This document shows positions 1 through 13,555 of a stretch of DNA of 64,000 bases, piece after piece. The notes under the pieces are model-generated. The model worked only from the letters and a program-made list of their open reading frames with translations, searched no databases and was not told where the DNA came from. This DNA is from the human T2T-CHM13v2.0 reference genome, Homo sapiens. Within the stretch, counting starts at the first letter, position 1. The number at the start of each line of letters is the position of its first letter. A program made the translations under genes and the position numbers. The stretch is from assembly GCF_009914755.1 (NCBI RefSeq), contig NC_060934.1, one strand, 5' to 3'.

Positions 1-58
1 CCAAAGACGTAGTAGAAAAAAGGATGTAAAATATCTCATCAGTAATCTTTTATTTTGA
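1..58. mobile_element. MER3/MER33-like hAT-Charlie DNA transposon, left part (split by L1PB)
   Basis: aaaaaaggatgtaaaatatctcatcagtaatctttta matches the recalled MER3/33 body. It resumes at 4253 after the L1. tattttga occurs at both 51-58 and 4253-4260. Confidence 0.7.
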
Positions 59-1590
59 CAAGAGGATGTAACAATTCTAAATATACATGCACCAAATACT
101 AGAGTGCCCAGAATCATAAATAATATTAGACCTACAAAAAGATGTAGAACCAATACAGTAATAAGGGGGACATCAGTAATCTACTGACAACATTAGACAG
201 ATCATCGAGGCAGAAAAACAACAAACCCTGGACTTAAATTGGACTTTAGACCAAATGGACCTAATGGACATTTACAGACATTCTGCCTTACAACCACAGA
301 ATCTACATTCTTTTCATCTGCTCATGGTGCAGTCTCAAAAATTGACCATATGCTAGGCCACAAGGCAAGCCTCAATACATTTTAAAAAATTGAAATAATG
401 TCAAGTACCGTCTCAGACTAGAGTGAAATAGAACTAGAGATCAACACCAAAGGAACCCTCAAAACTCTACAAACATATGGAAATTAAATAATCTGATCAT
501 ATGTGATTGTTGGGTCAATGATGAAATTAAGTGGAAAAAAACCCAATTTTCTGAAACACATGAAAATAGAGACATAACATACCAAAACCTCTGGGATACA
601 GCAACGGCAGTGCCAAGAGGCAAGTTTTTAAAGGATTAAATGCCTGCATAAAAACATAGAAAGATCTCAAATTAACAACCTAACCTTATACCTAGAAAAA
701 CAAGAACAAACTAGAAAAACAAGAACAAACCACACCCAGAGCTAGCAGAAGAAAAGAAATAACAAAGATCAGAGCAGAACAAAATGAAATTAAGACCAAA
801 AAAGCCACTCAAAGGATCAATGTAATGAAAAGTTGGTTCTTTGAAAACATAAATAAAATTAATAGACCACTAACTAAATTAGCAAAGAAAAAAGAAGAGT
901 CACATAAACACAATCAGAAAAGTTAAAGGTGTCATTACAAATGGTATAACCAAAATACAAAAGATCACCAGAGACTATTGTGACCATCTGTTTATGTACA
1001 AACTAGAAAATCTAAAGGAAATAAATTACTGAAAACATACAACCTCCCAAGGTTGAACCAGGAAGAAATAGAAATCCTGAACAGACCAATAATGAGTAGT
1101 GAAATTAAATAAGTAATAAAAAACCCTCTAACAACATCAAAAAAATTCCAGGACCAGATGGGTTCATAGCCGAATTTTACCAGACATACAAGGAAGAACT
1201 AATACCAATCTTTACTAAAACTGTTCCAAAAATTGAGGAGGAGGGAATCCTTCCTAACTCATTCTATGAAGCCAGCATCACCCTGATACTAAAGCCAGGC
1301 AAGCATACAACAAAAAGAGAAAACTACAGATCAATATCCCAGAAGAACACAGATGCAAAAATCCTCAACAGAACACTAGCAAACTGAATCCAATAGCACA
1401 TAAAAAAGATAGTATACTGTGATCAGGTGGGTTTTATTCCAGGGATGCAAGATTGGTTCAACACACACAAATCAATCATTGTGATTCACTGCATGAACAG
1501 AATTGAAAACAAAAATCATATGATCATATCAATAGATGCAGAAAAAGCATTAGATAACATCCAGCATCTCTTCATGATAAAACCCTTACT

Positions 1591-1921
<331 letters not shown>

Positions 1922-2838
1922 CTAGGTATAGAAGGGACATACCTCAAAATAATAAAAACCATGTATGACAAACCCAGAGCCAACATGATACTGAATGGGG
2001 AAAAGTTGAAAGCATTCCTTCTAAGAACTGGAACAAGACAAGGATGCCCACTGTCACCACTCTGATTCAACTGGAAGTCCTAGCTACAGCACTCAGTCAA
2101 GAGAAAGAAATAAAAGTCATCTTAATTGGGAAAGTGGAAGTCAAATTATCTCTGTTCACTGATGATATAATATTATACCTAGAAAACCATAAACCCTCCT
2201 AGAAAAGACTCCTAGACTTCAGTAAAGTTCCAGGATGCAAAATCAATGTACAAAAACCAGTAGCATTTCTGTACACTGGTAATGATTAAGCTGAGAAGCA
2301 AATCAAAGACTGAATCCCATTTACAGTGGCTACCAAAAAAACACTGAAGAATGCATCTAATCAAGGAGGTGAAATATCTCCACAAAGAGAAGTACAAAAC
2401 ACTGAAGAAAGAAATCATAGATGACACAAACAAATAGAAAAACATCTTGTGCTCCTGGAATGGAAGAATCAATATAATTAAAATTACCATACTGCCCAAA
2501 GCAATCTATAGATTCAACCCAATTCCTGTCGAACTACCAATGTCACTATTCTCAGAATTTAAAAAAAAACTTAAAATTAATATGGAACCAAAAAAAGCCT
2601 GAATAGCCAAAGCAACTCTAAGCAAAAATATAACAAAGCTAGTGGTACCATATTTTTTACTTCAAATTATACTACAAGGCTATAGTAACCAAAACAGCAT
2701 GGTACTGGTATAAAAATTATACTTGGAAAAATAGAACTGAATAGAGAACCCAGAAATATTACTTACCTATAAACAACTGATCTTTGACAAAGTTGAAAAA
2801 AATATACTCTGGGGGAAAGGACACCTTATTCAGTATAA

Positions 2839-2993
2839 TTTTTTTTTTCAGAGACAGGGTCTTACTCTTTCACCCAAAGCTGGAGTGCACTGGTGAGAGC
2901 TCAATGTAGCCTCAAATTCCTGGGCTCAAACAGTTCTCCAGCCTCAGACTCCCAAGTAGTTGAAACTACAGGCATGCACCACCATCCTGGCTG
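2839..2993 (-). mobile_element. FLAM/AluJ monomer inserted in L1PB
   Basis: polyT then gagacagggtcttactct...ctacaggcatgcaccaccatcctggc. Flanked by diverged duplicates of L1 sequence (acaccttattcagtataa / ataccctatccaataaa). Confidence 0.85.
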
Positions 2994-3790
2994 ATACCCT
3001 ATCCAATAAATAATGCTGGCATAATTGGAGAGCCATATGCAGAAGAATGAAACTGGACTTCTATCTCTTACCATATATAAAAATGAGCTCAAGATGGATT
3101 AAAGACCTCAAACTACAAAAATCCTAAAACCTAGGAGAAACTGTTCTGGACATTGATCTAGGCAAAGAATTTATGGCTAAGTTCTCCAAAGGAAATACAA
3201 CAAAAGCAAAAGTAGACAAATAAGACTTAATTAAACCAAAAAGCTTATGCACAGCAAAAGAAACAATCAACACAGTAAAAGGACAACCTACAGAATGGGA
3301 GAAAATATTTGCAGACAATGCATCTGACAAAAGGCTAATATCCACCATCTACAAGGAACTCAACAAAACAAACAAACCAAATAACCCATTAAAAAGTGGG
3401 CAAAGGACACGAACAGACATTTTTCAATAGAAGACATACAAGCAGCTAACAAACATGAAAAACTGTTCCCTATCACTAATCATCAGAGAAATGCAAATTA
3501 AAAACACAATGAGATACCATCTTCCAACAGTCAGAATGGCCATTATTAAAAAGTCAAAAAACAACAGATGGTAGTGAGGATATGCAGTAATATGCAGTAA
3601 AGGGAATTCCCACTCATACACCGTTGGTGGGAATGTAAATAAGTATAACCTCTATGGAAAACAGTATGGACATTTCTCAAAGAATTAAAAATAGAACTAC
3701 CCTTTGATCTTGCAATCCCACTACTGGGTATCTACCCGAAAGCTATACAATCAACCTAAGTATCCATCAATGGATGATTGGATTAAAATG

Positions 3791-3793
<3 letters not shown>

Positions 3794-3826
<33 letters not shown>

Positions 3827-3881
3827 ACAGACACATATATACCTACTTACATACACACACACACACATACACACACACACC
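3794..3881. repeat. (TG)n followed by (CA)n microsatellites inside the L1PB 3' region
   Basis: Directly visible runs. Confidence 0.9.
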
Positions 3882-4252
3882 ATGGAATGCTACTCAGCCA
3901 TAAAAAGGAATGAAATCATGTCTTTTGTGGCAGCATGGTTTGAACTGGAGGCCATCCATTATCCTTAGTGAAATGACTCAGAAACAGAAAATCAAAAACC
4001 ACATGGTCTCACTTATAAGTGAGAGCTAAGCAATGGGTACACATCGACATACAGAGTGGGATAATAGACACTGGAGACTTCATATGGTAGGAGGATTTCG
4101 GGAGAAGGATGAAATACCACCTCTAGGGTACAGTGTGCACTATTTGGGTGATGGGTGAACTAAAAAACCCAGATTTCACCACTGTGTGATATATCCATGT
4201 AACACAACTGCATTTGTGTCCCCAAATCTATAAAGAAGTTAATTTCAAAAAA

Positions 4253-4406
4253 TATTTTGATTACATGTTGATTGTATTTGGGACATATTAAATGAAGTAT
4301 ATTATCAAAATATTTTTTTCTACCTGTTTCTTTTTGCCTTTTTAATGTAGCTACTAGAAACATTTAAATTATCTTTGTTGGCTCATATTTCTATTGGGCA
4401 ATGCTG
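4253..4406. mobile_element. MER3/MER33-like hAT-Charlie, right part
   Basis: ttgattacatgttg...tttaatgtagctactagaaacattt...atttctattgggcaatgctg terminal sequence. Confidence 0.75.
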
Positions 4407-4414
4407 GTCTAGAT

Positions 4415-4607
4415 CAGGATTCAGCAAAGTATAGCTTACTGTCTATTTTTGTAATTAAAGTTGCCCACTTGTTTATGTATTGCACATGCTGTGACTGCTT
4501 TCATGCTATAGTGGCAGAGTTGACTAGTTGCAACAGAGACTATATAGCTCGCAAAACCTAGAATATTTATCATCTGGACTTTTACAAAAGAAGGTTGCTG
4601 AACTCTG
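4415..4607. mobile_element. MER58A-like hAT-Charlie DNA transposon
   Basis: caggattcagcaaa...gtggcagagttgactagttgcaacagagac...ttgctgaactctg. 8-bp flanks gtctagat / atctaaat. Confidence 0.8.
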
Positions 4608-7600
4608 ATCTAAATAATTCTAGAAGACTTGGCAGGACCTAAAATCAATCTAGGAAACCCTGATTCTTACTCTTGTAGGTCACACTCTTAGGTAAGGAAG
4701 AGAGAACCAAGGATTCTCCTGACACTTTAGAGGTGCTTCTGGCTTTTGCTCCCTCTTATTCCTAAACTACTTTATCTAAACAAGCTGTAAACTTTCACTC
4801 CCCTCCTGCTAAGAGCCTGGAAGGAGGGACTGGAGAGCCAGCATATTGGCTCTGCATAGAAGGCAGATTTGGAGCATTTTACCACCCAGTGGAAGACTAT
4901 GAAAACTTTGCTACTGATTCATGCATTTCTAAAGGTTTTCCAGTGGAGACACAGAGTAAGGGCTGAAAGGTAGGGACAAACATATGGACTGACTTAAGAG
5001 GTCCAGTGACCCCAATGAGCAGCCATAGTACATTTAAATTATTTGGGGTGGTAAAGATATTTTAGACCCAAGAGGTTTCATCATCAAGAACCTTTTTCAA
5101 GGAGGTGTGTAGACCTAACACCTTCATTATCAGCTGACGCCATAAGCTTTGGGGAATGGAGAAGACTGGAAAGGAGATGTGGAACACAGGATAGAAGGCA
5201 CAAGAGGCTGGAGCTTATCTTGACTAGACCACAGCCCACGCCCGAGACCGCCCTATGGGCATGGGCCACTGGAGGGTAATCAGAGACTTTGGTGTGACGC
5301 CTCCTTAAAAATCTCTTCCCACTTTCTTCTCCCAAAATAAATACATTTTCTAAGACAAGACCCTGAATCAGAATCAGTTTTTCTACAAACTTTGGGTGGT
5401 GTTAATTCCTGCCAACACAGGGCAAAGCATATTACAGTGAATGGAGTTACAGTATTCAGAATGAATTATAGGGCGCTAGGCACGTGATTTACCACCTATA
5501 GTAAACAGGGCTTCACACATGGTGTATTTCTGCTGTGTTGGTTAGTTATTAACTGCAAAAAAGGGGAAATTCATTTAGAAGACGTGCTCATTTTTTATGA
5601 GGTAAGGCTGCCTGGAGATGCATGGCATTTTAAAGCAAACGAATTCCTGGGAGAGCCCGAGCTTACCACCCAGAAATGTGGCAAGGAATAAAAACATTTA
5701 CACCAGTTTAATATGAATGGTTGAAGAAAATATCTATTGCACATTGAACATGATATATGAAACCATAACCTACTCTTGTGTAGTAAGCTACAGAACCATT
5801 CACCTAACAGATTACTATTCGAGTTGACATTATTCTGCATCTTTTCGATCTTCTCTTGCCAAGTGCTGGAAACTGTCAGAGAAAGCCAGCCAGATACATA
5901 GGCACTGTTGGCCTGGGGGTTGAGAACTCATAAGACTCTTGAAGGCGGAGGTTACCCAGTGACCCCCTTGCTGCAAACTATAGTGGAAGTCAAAGGATGA
6001 CAGCCAACATAAACAGCGGCTGCATGTGGAACGTCAAAGTCAAGACAAATAGAGGTGGGACTTTCTCTGTCTCCTGCTCCCTTTCTAGTCTGTAAAATGG
6101 AGCTTATTTCCTATCATCTAGCAGAATAAAAAGTGCCATATGGCTTTGGGGGGCCTCAGAAGTGCTTCTTGGTTCATTCTTATAACATAGGTGGAATTTG
6201 ACCTCCTCAAAAATTATTAAGGGGTGACTCTTGCTTAATCCTACTGTGATTTATTGGCTACATACTGGATATCAAAGCCAAAAGGAATCGTAGGAGACGT
6301 TTTGGTATAACTCTTTCTTCTCCCAGAGATGAAGAAGCTGGAGTCTCAAAAAGGTTAATGAATTGCCAAATGTCAAATGCTAGTTAAGTGCAGGACTGGT
6401 GCTAAGAATGCAAGTATATCTCAATTTCTGGCCCGGAGCTCTTGCCTTCTACCTTTCTGCTTGTGTGTGCACACACAAAGTTGCTTGCAACTGCTGTTTT
6501 CTTTTTGGGTAGAGTAATGAAAAATGACTTTTGATGTTTTTGTAAATTTGCAAATGGTCTAGGTCAGTGTCCATGTTAAGACACCTTACTCGGCCTGACA
6601 CTCCTAATTGGTTTTAAGATTCTGGGCCTGTGGAGCTCTTTCTTTTAAACTATTAACTACGAAGTTTTATATTTCAACTCATTCACATCTACTGAAGTGA
6701 TAGCAGCAGTTTTATATGTGGGCAGATTAATGCACTTTGGGAATTTTAGAGAATTAACTTTACTGCCCAGTGCATTTGTGGCATATTTAAGTAAACTAGA
6801 GAGGCCGATCCTTGCAAAAGCAAAAGATATTCTTTTTAATGTGAAATATATGGGTTTTGACATGACTATAATTTTTAGACTCTCAAGAATTTTATTCTGA
6901 TGTTTTGTCTGACATCTCTAAGCTCTTTAATATCACCAAAGAACTCTTGGTTTGTATTAATTCTGTTTCATTTGTGTATTTTATGTGTTTAGTGGTCATA
7001 TTTGAAAAACATCTCTTGTGAGAGCTCTGTATAATTTTGGCAGAAAATTACTTTTTTTGTGTTTCTGTGATGATCCCCTGAGATCATTTTTGCATAAATC
7101 CGGCCTTCTATTTTCAGATACAAATCTGTTGTACAGATGATTCTTCTTAGAAGAAAAGATGCATTTGTAGCTAAAAAATGTAAATTACTTTTCATGGAAA
7201 ATACCTCTCTGGGCCCCCATTTCCAAAATGTGATGATTGCACATCGCATGTTTTTGTGCGTGCTCAGGGGACTGCTTTTCTTATAATTAGAAAAGTCTTG
7301 ATTGTGCAGCAGGTAGAATGGGGTGGCACGGCTGCTTCTGCAGCATAGGTGAGTCAGTGGAGGTACCAGAGGAATAAGCAAGAGACCTTATGTGGAGGTG
7401 GCACTTCACTAAGGGAAGGAGGTCTTAGTTGTTGAAGTGGGTGTGTCATGAGCCTTCTTTACAGGATGGGAATGTTAACAGAGGACTTTTAGACCTGGAG
7501 ACATTTAAACACAATTGCCATCCTCTGTTTGTATTTTCTTCTTGCTTGTGATTTTTTATACAGGATTCAAAGTTTTATTTGGTCTCTTATGGAAGCATGT

Positions 7601-9305
7601 TTGGAATGAACACCCTCCTCATCACAAGTTTTATGAAATAGTGGAGGACAACAGAAACCTCTTCCTAAAATGTCTTCTGCTCAGTACAAGGGTTAGTGTT
7701 TGAGGGACTTTGAGGCACTGCTGTAAAGCAAAGTGCAAAAATCAACATATTCAGATTTGTGCCAAAGAAAGACTTGAGTTTGAGAACATTTACATCTGTT
7801 TTCAATAATTCCTCGCATATGTTGCAGAATGTACGTTATCCATCTTGTTATCCAGGAAATAACATTTGTTGCAAACAGTTTGCCAATTCGTAATTTTATT
7901 GAATTTGTTTATCATGCTGTGGCTTCATATGAGGTCTGAAAGATGGTGATCTTTGGTGTTCCAGCTGTTGTAACATTCTGCAGTGGGGCCTTAATTCCAG
8001 GATGAGCTGGAATTCTTTGGAGGGTCTGGGCTTTCTGAGAACTACAGCATAAGAGCCGGCATTGCTGATGGGCAATTATCTTTGGGGAACGCAGTAACTT
8101 TGCTTGTACATTCCTCAACCCCATTTTCATTTCTGGCTTTTAAATGTAGTCTTGGGACTGATGTGTTGAATAGCACTCCTTGTGTGCCCTATACTGTCTC
8201 CTTTGAAACCTGCCCAAACTTTTAAACTGTTTTTATGTTTGGTTTGAGAGGATACTGCTCCCCAGGAAAAAAATGATTATTTAGAACGACCCCAAACTAT
8301 CTCAGACCTGAAAAGAAGTAGATTCTCTTCAACAGAGAAGCTAAGAAATATCTTTTTGCTGCATAAATATTATCATTTTCTTAAGGAGTTGTTGGTAGGT
8401 GAAAAGAAAGTTCAACCAGGTCCAATTTTATAATTTTCCTATTTTATTTAGCAGGCATTTTCTTTACTGAGGTTTATATTGTCTGCCAAAACTAGGAGGA
8501 AAAGAAAATATTAACAACCCTGAAAGCTCTTTCATTCTGAATTATTCCTTAATGTTTTTAATGATTTATTATAACCACACAAATGTGATCTTGGGGCCAT
8601 TTGGAAGTTATTGAGTTTCCTTGGAGATGGGACTTGGCATTTTCGAAACCAGAGTTTGCTTTTGTGGCCTGGAAGTTGCAAGGCATATATATTTGGAAGA
8701 CTAAAGATTATTCCCCACCAAGAAGTTTTGTCAACCTGACCTTCTCTACTCTTATGACGCTGCACACACAGCAGTAATCTCTGCAGAGGAGAGCAAATAA
8801 AGTGAAGAAATATAGCGGTACGTGTTATTTTTACATCCTAAAGTAAATTCTCCAGCATTAAGGCTGACTGGGAATTTCCATCTCAGAGTTCTCATGAATG
8901 CTGCTCCACTTTGGTGTTGTCCTCTTGAATCTCTTTTTATTATAGGTCTTTGAAGGAGGTATTTCTTGTAATTTATTCAGCCAGAGAGATAAGTGAGATG
9001 TGGAATTGGGGAAACAAGGGGGTGGGAAAAGCCTTCTGGGGTCAGCTGTCCCTGCCGTTGAGCCTGCAGGCTTTTTTTAGGTGCTGCAGCCAGTCAAGGT
9101 GAAGGACTAGTTCAGCTCTATTTAGAAAACAAGTGTTATCTAGGTTCTGTGTTATGAGATGACTTTTAGCACAAGATTCAAAAGTTAGTCTTGGCAAAAT
9201 GGACATTCTTTGAATGTTGTTGGAGCTGAATGGCTCTAGATGGTGTGCTGAGCCCTTCCCATGAGATGATGTTCCAGAAGAATCCCAGAGATATGAGGCC
9301 ATCCT

Positions 9306-9399
9306 CTTCAGCTCCACACCAAAGCAGGCATCCACTCAAGGCCAGCTCAACACTTCAGCTCCACACCAAAGCAGGCATCCACCCAAGGCCAGCCCAACA
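9306..9399. repeat. 47-bp tandem duplication (2 copies)
   Basis: cttcagctccacaccaaagcaggcatccac(t/c)caaggccagc(t/c)caaca at 9306 and 9353, 2 mismatches. Confidence 0.95.
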
Positions 9400-10149
9400 G
9401 TTGAACCCTTCCACTAGTAAGGAGCAAAGCAGCCTGGATCATGGCTGCACAGTTCTCGGGAGAACAGTTGTCTTTGTTTTAATGGGCTGTCTGTGGCCCT
9501 GCAGCTTCTCTCTACTGGCCCCAATTCTGAGAATGCAGTTTTAAAAATCACTTTTTGGAAAGAAAAAAGGAAAAATTCTAGGATGTTAAAAAATAATGTT
9601 TTTCTGATTTATTTTTACCTAAATCTGGTGTTCTGAGTCAACTTTCAAGGTCAATTCTGTTATTTTAAGGAATAAAATATATTTATTTATTCCTGTTTTT
9701 TCCCTTAGAATATGTTAGTAACACTTCTAAAGCATTCATGAAATATCTTAGGTTTGAAGGAAGATTCAGATATGTTAATTAAGTCTATCTATACTTCCCC
9801 TGGCTTGTATATTCTTTAGGGTAAGGGATACTGTCTTATGGCAAATTTTGACTGGTACCATGTTCAGCACTTGGCCTACAAAACAAATGTTTGTTGTTGA
9901 GTGGATGTTGAATGCATACATTTTTGAATAGGCCACTTTTTTTTTTTTTTTTTTTTTTTGCTGCTGAGAGATGTCAGTTGACTGCTTGTATCCCAACTTC
10001 ATCGTGAAAAGATGTTTTTCTGCTATTCACTTTAAAAGCATCTGTTCATCCCAAGTGTGCAGTGAAAGGGCTTCCCTCCTTCCACCTCCTCTCATCATAG
10101 ATTTTCTTTGATTAGTTATCACTGGATCAAATTATTTTGCAGTATGATG

Positions 10150-10330
10150 GAGTGGGAAGCATTTTTGAGCCCTAGGTCAGCCACTTACCTGCTTATGAGC
10201 ATTACTTGGGAAAATATATCGAACCACCTTAAACGTCCATTTCCCCATCTACCCTCCCTTGAGGGGCTGTTGTGAGCAAAATGGCCTGTGTGAAGCTCTA
10301 GTAACCCAGCAGATGCTCAGGAGGTAGAGA
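10150..10330 (+). mobile_element. MIR SINE fragment
   Basis: gccacttacctgcttatgagcattacttgggaaa...gagggggctgttgtgag, MIR core-like. Confidence 0.5.
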
Positions 10331-11142
10331 TGGTCATTTCGCATTATTCTGCTGGACTTGACCCTACATCTCCTGCTGATCTTTGTGTATGCCAGGGGTT
10401 TGGGCCCTGTCTCCAAGTGCCTGCATTTTAGTGAACTTGGATTCTGAGATTCCATGTACATTAGTACACTGTATTAGTCTGTTTTCATGCTGCTGATAAA
10501 GACATACCTGAGACTGGGCAATGTACAAAAGAAATAGGTTTAATTGGACTTACAGTTCCATGTTGCTGGGGAAGCCTCACAATTATGGTGGAAAGCAAGG
10601 AAGAGCAAGTCATATCTTATGTGGATGGCAGCAGGCAAAGAGAGGGCTTGTGCAGAGAAACTTCTGTCTTTAAAACCATCAGATCTTGTGAGGCCCATTC
10701 ACTATCATGAGAACAATATGGGAAAGACCTGCCCCATGATTCAGTCATCTTCCACCAGGTCCCTCCCACAACACATGGGAATTATGGGAGCTACAAGAGA
10801 TTTGGGTGGGGACACAGAGTCAAACTATATCATTCTGCCCCTGGGCCATCCCAAATCTCATATCTTCACATTTCAAAGCCAACCATGCCTTCCCAACAGT
10901 CCCCCAAAGTCTTAACTCATTTTAGCATTAACTCAAAAGTCCACAATCCAAAGTCTCATCTGAGACAAGGCAAGTCCCTTCCACCTATGAGCCTGTAAAA
11001 TCAAAAGCAAGTTAGTTACTTCCTAGACAAAACAGGAGTACAGGAATTGGGTAAATACAGCCATTCTAAATGGGAGAAATTAGCCAAAAGAAAGGGGCTA
11101 TTGGCCCCATGCAAATCCAAAATCCAGCAGGGAAGTCAAATC

Positions 11143-11440
11143 TTTTTTTTTTTTTTGAGACAGAGTTTCACTCTTGTCGCCTAGGCTGGAGTGCAGTGGC
11201 GTGATCTCGGCTCACTGCAAGCTCCGCCTCCTGGGTTCACGCCATTCTTCTGCCTCAGCCTCCTGAGTAACTAGGACTACAGGCACCTGCCATCACGCCA
11301 GGCTAATTTTTTTCATATTTTTAGTAGAGACGAGGTTTTACTGCGCTAACCAGGATGGTCTTGATCTCCTGACCTCATGATCCACCCATCTTGGTCTCCC
11401 AAAGTGCTGGGATTACAAGCGTGAGCCACCAGGCCTGGCC
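11143..11440 (-). mobile_element. AluY-like SINE inserted in THE1A internal region
   Basis: polyT, gcaagctccgcctcctgggttcacgccattc. TSD agggaagtcaaatct (11129-11143) / agggcagtcaaatct (11441-11455). Confidence 0.95.
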
Positions 11441-12263
11441 AGGGCAGTCAAATCTTAAAGCTCCAAAATGATCTCTTTTGACTCCATGTCTCACATCTAG
11501 GTCACACTGACACAAGACATGGGTTCCCATGGTCTTGGGCAGCTCTGCCCCTCTGGCTTTGCAGGGTATAGCGCCGCTCCTGGCTGCTTTCATGGGATGG
11601 CATCGAGTGTCTGCAGCTTTTCCAGGTGCATGGTACAAACTGTTGGTGGATCTACCATTCTGGGGTCTGGAGGCTAATGGCTCTCTTCTCATAGTTCCAC
11701 TAGGTAGTGCCTCAGTAGGGACTCTGTGTGGAGGCTCCAATCCCACATTTCCTGGCCACATTGCCCTAGTAGAGGTTCTCCATGAGCTCCCCACCCCTGC
11801 AGCAAACTTTTGCCTGGGCATCCAGGCATTTCCATAAATCTTCTGAAATCTAGGTGGAGGTTCCCAAACCTCATTTCTTGACTTGTGTGCCCCTGCAGGC
11901 TCAATACCACATGGAAGCTGCCAAAGCTTGGGGCTTCCACCCTCTGAAGCAATAGCCTGAGCTGTACCTTGACCACTTTTAGTCATGACTGAAGTGGCTG
12001 GGATGCAGGGCACCAAGTCCCTAGACTGCACATGGCATGGGGACCCTGGGCCCAGCCCGTGAAACCATTTTCTCCTAGGCCTCTGGGTCTGTGATGGAAG
12101 GGGCTGCCATGAAGACCTCTGACATGCCCTGGAGACATTGTCCCCATTATCTTGGCTATTAACATTTGGTTCCATCTTACATTTCTGTAGCTGGCTTGAA
12201 TTTCTACTCAGAAAATTGGATTTTCTTTTTTACTGCATCATCAGGCTACAAATTTTCGAAATT

Positions 12264-12689
12264 TTAATGCTCTGTTTCCCTTTTAAAACTGAATGCCTTT
12301 AACAGCACCCAAGTCACCTCTTGAAGGCTTTGCTGCTGAGAAATTTCTTCCACCAGATACCCTAAATAATCTCTCTCAAGTTCAAATTTCCACAAATCTC
12401 TAGGGAAGGAGCAAAATGCCACCAGTCTCTTTACTAAAACATAATGAAAATCACCCTTGCTCCAGTTCTCAACAAGTTCCTCATCTTCATCTGAGACCAC
12501 CTCAGCCTGGATTGCATTGTCCATATCATTATCAGCATTTTGGTCAAAGTCATTCAACAAGTCTCTAGGGATTTCCAAACTTTCCCATATTTTCCTGTCT
12601 TCTTCTGAGCCCTCCAGACTGTTCCAACCTCTGCCTGTTACCCAGTTCCAAAGTCGCTTCCACATTTTCAGGTATCTTTTCAGTGGCAC
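12264..12689 (-). pseudogene. MaLR (THE1-int) ORF remnant
   Basis: 141-aa ORF inside THE1 internal sequence (TGRGWNSLEGSEEDRKIWESLE...LWKFELERDYLGYLVEEIS). Confidence 0.75.
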
Positions 12690-13555
12690 CCCATTCTTGG
12701 TACCAATTTACTGTATTAATCTGTCTTCACACTGCTGATAAAGACATACCTGAGACTGGGCAACGTACAAAAGAAAGAGGTTTAATTAGACTTACAGTTC
12801 CATGTGGCTGGGGAAGCCTCACAATCATGGCAGAAGGCAAGGAGGAGCAAGTCACATCTTACGTGGATGGTAGCAGGCAAAGAGAAGGCTTGTGCAGAGA
12901 AACTTCTGTTTTTAAAACCATCAGATCTCGTGAGACCCATTCACTATCACGAGAACAACACGAGAAAGACCTGCCCCCATGATTCAGTTGTCTCCCACTG
13001 GGCCCCTCCCACAACACTTGGGAAGTATGGGAGCTACATGAGATTTGGGTAGGACACAGAGTCAAACCATTTCATATACTCTCCCTAGTTTCCTGGCTAA
13101 ATAAGGTGATCACATATCATAGGTTTTCTGTGGCTATCTCATTTTAAAGTATGTTGTCCTTTTGTCCTCTAAATTATTGAAATGTCAAGAAAATCTCAAC
13201 AACTTGATGTCTAGTTTTAGAATCTCCCAGCCAGCCCCTTGCACCAGAAAATAGCACAAACGACATTGTTTAATGCATCCTAATTTTAATCAGAAAACAG
13301 TTATCCTATTTCTGGCATATCATGGATCACCTGACTGGTACAAGAGAAAGAAGGGTTTTGTAGGGATATTGCAACCACGTATTAAAGCCTGAAAGACACT
13401 CTGAAGAGCATCTCATATTCTAATGTCTCTGCCTATTAGGGTGGTGTATCAAGAAGATGTATCTTGTTCATTGGTACTTTCAAGGGCTGTGATCTCTCCA
13501 TAAGTAAGATTATCAGTGATTGGAGCCTTTTCCTCCTTTGATGATCTCTTCTCTT

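Larger units (their letters stand above)
10470..13074 (-). mobile_element. Full-length THE1A-type MaLR provirus: LTR 10470-10832, internal 10833-12711, LTR 12712-13074
   Basis: Two ~363-bp direct repeats tgtatta...caaacYatWtca with THE1A-type gagcaagtcacatcttacgtggatgg. 5-bp TSD tacac/tatac. Internal ORF remnants at 12264-12689 and 11375-12175. Confidence 0.93.

Noticed and set aside
692-730. Short tandem duplications (19 bp at 692-729, 10 bp at 3581-3600, 17 bp at ~40274-40307, ~18 bp at ~41856-41887)
   Set aside because: Ordinary slippage products, mostly inside old repeats.
9937-9959. Orphan poly(T) run as a retro-inserted tail
   Set aside because: No TSD and no adjacent SINE, LINE or retrocopy body.
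11375-12175. Longest ORF in the window (266 aa)
   Set aside because: It lies in THE1A internal sequence and ends inside the inserted Alu ([15 protein letters not shown]). It is a retroelement remnant, not a host gene.
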